24,000 nucleotides of DNA from Clostridiales bacterium. GTDB taxonomy: Bacteria; Bacillota; Clostridia; Saccharofermentanales; Saccharofermentanaceae. The DNA is taken from the NCBI GenBank assembly GCA_017554745.1, contig JAFZHS010000013.1, positions 206,964-230,963 of the forward strand, given 5' to 3'. The position numbers and the translations under genes are program-made. The first letter of the stretch is position 1. Each line of letters opens with the position of its first letter. The notes beneath the pieces are model-generated. The model had not been told where the DNA came from, did no database searches, and saw only the letters and a program-made list of their open reading frames with translations. Of this stretch, positions 21,347-24,000 are shown piece by piece.

Positions 21347-23449
21347 GTGAGAAAAAACGGCGCGAGGCTAAAAGATCAGATGAGCAGAAAGAATAACAGT
21401 TCCAGAACAACAGTCCTCCTTATAGGAGTGATAGTGTCTCTGCTGGCTTTGCTTTTGGTTTTCTGTTTTACACAATTGGATCTGGGCCGCAAGATCGCGC
21501 AGCTGACATATAAGAAGGTCTCAACGTACGAAGAACTTGCAGCCATTGCAGATAAACCTGACGGCAATTATCTTCTGACACAGGATATAGATATGGCGGA
21601 CAGGGAATGGACACCTTTTACTTTTACGGGCACGCTCGACGGTAACGGGCATTCGATTACCAACCTCAGCATTACTTCTACAGGCAGTGCCGTCCGCGAT
21701 ACATACGACGGCAACATGATATCCTATGAGACTTCGCTTGCTGGATTTTTCGATGTCATCGAGGGTGCGACCGTAAGAGACATTACTTTTTCTTCAGTCC
21801 ATGCCGATATCGATTCAGATATTCCTGTCTTTGTCGGAACGATCGCAGGATATATGGAAGATTCGAAGATCTTAAACTGCAATGTCAGCGGAGATCTGCG
21901 CCTTAAGGCACACGACAGGATGTTCGGTGTGGCAGGCGTCGCAGGTTACGGTAACGGCACCATCGAGAACGTCAATGCCGATGTAACGCTCGTATGCATC
22001 GATACCGACCGCACGACTAAAGATGAACAATTTATGGGCGGCATTATGTGCGGAGGATATCCGGATATCATTAACTGCTCGGTCAAGATCGACGGATACG
22101 GCTCAGAGCACGGCTACGCGCATAACGGCGGCCTGATGGGTCTTTACATGTACTATCCGGAAGGCAAGACATTTCAAGGCAGGATGACCGGAAACTATGT
22201 GGAAGGCAAGATCACATTTTTTGAAGAGAATGATAACCGCCGCGCATACTGCAAAGCCATGGTAGGCGAGATGCTTGATGAGGTAGTGACCTACGAAGAG
22301 AACTATGCTTCATTCCAAAGGCTTGAAGTTTATAACTACGATGCTGATCTCCTCCCCGAAGAGCGTTCGGAGGTCTTCGAGGTGACTGCTGAATCCGCAG
22401 GGCGCTATGAACTTAAAGTCCAATACAGTAATGCTGATGCAGATGCCACATATGGTCTTTTTATAAACGGCAGTTTCTATAAAAAAGTCTTCTTCCCGAA
22501 CGGCGAAGGCACAGTCAATGAGACAGTCTTCCTTGAAGAAGGCAAGTCTGAGATCAAGTTCCGTTTCCTGCCCGGCGACGGAAATATCACGTTCGGCGAT
22601 GTATCTGTTGCGAAGTCTGAGAAGTCCGTGTCGCTTATCGTAGCTCCGCACGAAGATGATGAGATCTTGGCTTTCGCGGGAATCATCCAAAAGACTGTTG
22701 CAGAAGGAAATATCGTAAAAGTGGTCTTCCTTACCAACGGCGACTATTACGGCACTGAATATGCTTCTATCCGTATTTCCGAAAGCGCTGCTGCGCTGGA
22801 GTCTTTGGGTGTCGACAAGACTGACATCACCGTTCTCGGATATGGAGACATGACTTTGGAAGCACTCCTTACGAGCGAAGATCCCGATCAGGTTTTTAAG
22901 GCAAGAAGCGGCAGTACCGATACTTACGGTGATGCGCCGGATAATCTTTTTGACTACCATACGCTTAGTACGGGCAGCCGCGCGGCTTATACCAAAGCTA
23001 ATCTTACAAGTGACTTTACGAAGTATCTCCTCACGTGCCGCCCTGACCGTATCTATACGACGTCAGAATTCGAATGGCACTCAGACCATGTGTATGCTTT
23101 TCTCCTCGTAAAGAGCACTCTCGAAAATCTCTCTTTGGCGGGTTATAAACCTGTCCTTTGCGAGACCGTGATCCACGGTGAAGATACTGCCTGGCCGTAT
23201 CCTATAGAATACAAGGACGGCGAGCTTGTAGTGACTGAGTTTACTGATCCGTTCCCGACGGCGGATACTACGCTTGACTGGAGCAAGGCTGTAAAGATCG
23301 TGCTTACTGACGAAGAACTCCAGAAGAAGATGGAAGCCATCGATAAGTTTGATTCACAGAATAACGGTAGTGAAGAGTATCCCGGTACAAGGGACTACAA
23401 CTTCGGCTTCTGCAAGCGCGATGAATTCTACTGGGAGATCAGTTACTGA
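21347..23449 (+). CDS. Membrane-anchored multidomain protein: GLUG-motif repeats, a CBM-like beta-sandwich and a PIG-L/LmbE-family deacetylase domain
   Basis: A basic N-terminus then the TM helix VLLIGVIVSLLALLLVFCF. GLUG-like repeats (FTGTLDGNGHSITNLSI, FVGTIAGYMEDSKILNCNV, GVAGVAGYGNGTIENV, FMGGIMCGG). A CBM6/35-like segment (GRYELKVQYSNADADATYGLFINGSF...). PIG-L motifs (LIVAPHEDDEILAFAG, VVFLTNGD, WHSDH). The start is uncertain: GTG at 21347 (no SD) or the in-frame ATG at 21380. Confidence 0.75.
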   Translation: MRKNGARLKDQMSRKNNSSRTTVLLIGVIVSLLALLLVFCFTQLDLGRKIAQLTYKKVSTYEELAAIADKPDGNYLLTQDIDMADREWTPFTFTGTLDGNGHSITNLSITSTGSAVRDTYDGNMISYETSLAGFFDVIEGATVRDITFSSVHADIDSDIPVFVGTIAGYMEDSKILNCNVSGDLRLKAHDRMFGVAGVAGYGNGTIENVNADVTLVCIDTDRTTKDEQFMGGIMCGGYPDIINCSVKIDGYGSEHGYAHNGGLMGLYMYYPEGKTFQGRMTGNYVEGKITFFEENDNRRAYCKAMVGEMLDEVVTYEENYASFQRLEVYNYDADLLPEERSEVFEVTAESAGRYELKVQYSNADADATYGLFINGSFYKKVFFPNGEGTVNETVFLEEGKSEIKFRFLPGDGNITFGDVSVAKSEKSVSLIVAPHEDDEILAFAGIIQKTVAEGNIVKVVFLTNGDYYGTEYASIRISESAAALESLGVDKTDITVLGYGDMTLEALLTSEDPDQVFKARSGSTDTYGDAPDNLFDYHTLSTGSRAAYTKANLTSDFTKYLLTCRPDRIYTTSEFEWHSDHVYAFLLVKSTLENLSLAGYKPVLCETVIHGEDTAWPYPIEYKDGELVVTEFTDPFPTADTTLDWSKAVKIVLTDEELQKKMEAIDKFDSQNNGSEEYPGTRDYNFGFCKRDEFYWEISY

Positions 23450-24000
23450 GATTTCCTCTTCCTGTACTCGATAAACGCGATCCCTGCAAGCATTACTAAT
23501 CCTGCGGCTGTTGCCAGGATGCCTGCTGTCTTGCGCGGTGCCTGATAAGTCATCTCGATAACGTTTGAGCCATTTTCGAGCGGGACAGTTATGAATGTAT
23601 CTCCTGTGAGATCAAAGTCGGTCTTTTGTCCGTTCCTTGTAACTGTCCAGCCGGCGTTATACGGGATTGAAGTAAAGAGGCTCTCGCCCTGCTTAGCGTT
23701 ATCGATCTCGAAAACACAATGGCCGTCGCTGATGCTGCTCTTAAAGGCTGCTTTAGCTTTAATGGCGTTTGTTGCTTCTTCCAATGCTTCCAGATCGAGC
23801 AGATAGAACTGCGCATCCGTGACTGCCGTGCCGCTCTGGTCTTCATTGAACACGAGTTCTGCTTCGGCTTTGCCGTTAATGGTCTTGATCCTGACCATCG
23901 AAGGAGCCATCTCCATTGAGTAAGAAGTATATTCTTCGCCGTTAATATAGAGCTTTGCGCCTGTATCGGTGTTGGTGACGAAGTTCGCGTAGAGAATATA
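23443..24000 (-). CDS. YfhO-family membrane glycosyltransferase-like protein, C-terminal part (5' end outside the window)
   Basis: The minus-strand frame stays open from 24000 to the stop at 23443-23445; I translated 24000-23917 as YILYANFVTNTDTGAKLYINGEEYTSYS with no stop. The tail SIPYNAGWTVTRNGQKTDF...IEMTYQAP plus a terminal TM helix and KRK resembles YfhO C-termini. Confidence 0.55.
   Translation of the reverse strand, partial: YILYANFVTNTDTGAKLYINGEEYTSYSMEMAPSMVRIKTINGKAEAELVFNEDQSGTAVTDAQFYLLDLEALEEATNAIKAKAAFKSSISDGHCVFEIDNAKQGESLFTSIPYNAGWTVTRNGQKTDFDLTGDTFITVPLENGSNVIEMTYQAPRKTAGILATAAGLVMLAGIAFIEYRKRKSQ

Noticed and set aside
22310-22960. 216-aa antisense ORF inside the deacetylase gene. 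Similar long antisense ORFs occur at 3781-4248, 4345-4857, 16706-17155 and 20194-20700.
   Set aside because: Each lies opposite a gene with clear family motifs. Their translations are low-complexity (S/R/L/C-rich) with no recognisable motifs or ribosome-binding sites. This is typical of shadow ORFs.
1-24000. CRISPR arrays, tandem repeat arrays, IS elements, prophage genes, toxin-antitoxin pairs or known multi-gene defence systems.
   Set aside because: Reading both strands, I found no regularly spaced direct repeats, no transposase, integrase or recombinase motifs, and no small adjacent gene pairs of TA type. Absence by eye is not proof; a repeat finder and a defence-system HMM scan would be decisive.

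Overview
The window looks like a chromosomal segment from a Firmicutes/Clostridia-type bacterium. This is inferred from strong AGGAGG-type ribosome-binding sites, TTGACA/TATAAT promoters, and the rsmI-metG-tatD synteny known from Bacillus (yabC-metS-yabD). All calls are by eye, with no database search.

Contents, left to right:
- A housekeeping block: rsmI, metG, a TatD-family hydrolase, and a small membrane-anchored protein. An AT-richer orphan gene on the opposite strand sits between rsmI and metG, next to a repeat-dense intergenic region.
- A tRNA-Val/Asp/Phe operon with a clear promoter and terminator.
- A CPBP-family membrane protease.
- A cell-surface glycan-type block: a phosphodiester glycosidase (NAGPA-like), an unknown membrane-anchored protein, a LacZ-like GH2 protein in which most catalytic motifs appear substituted, a sugar O-acetyltransferase, and a PHP phosphoesterase.
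- A large lipoprotein with a solute-binding-protein-like C-terminal half, on the minus strand.
- A co-directional cluster: OmpR-type response regulator, ABC ATPase, two ABC-2 permeases, and a single-TM histidine kinase. It is followed directly by a membrane-anchored GLUG/CBM/PIG-L deacetylase fusion, which converges on a truncated YfhO-like gene at the window edge.

I saw no CRISPR array, transposase, integrase, phage genes, or recognisable named defence system.

The best candidates for something undescribed are:
- the sensing/ABC module with an appended extracytoplasmic PIG-L deacetylase;
- the apparently catalytically dead LacZ homologue;
- the orphan PD-(D/E)XK-like gene with a GTGGTCRTAA repeat array.

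All three are hypotheses of modest confidence.
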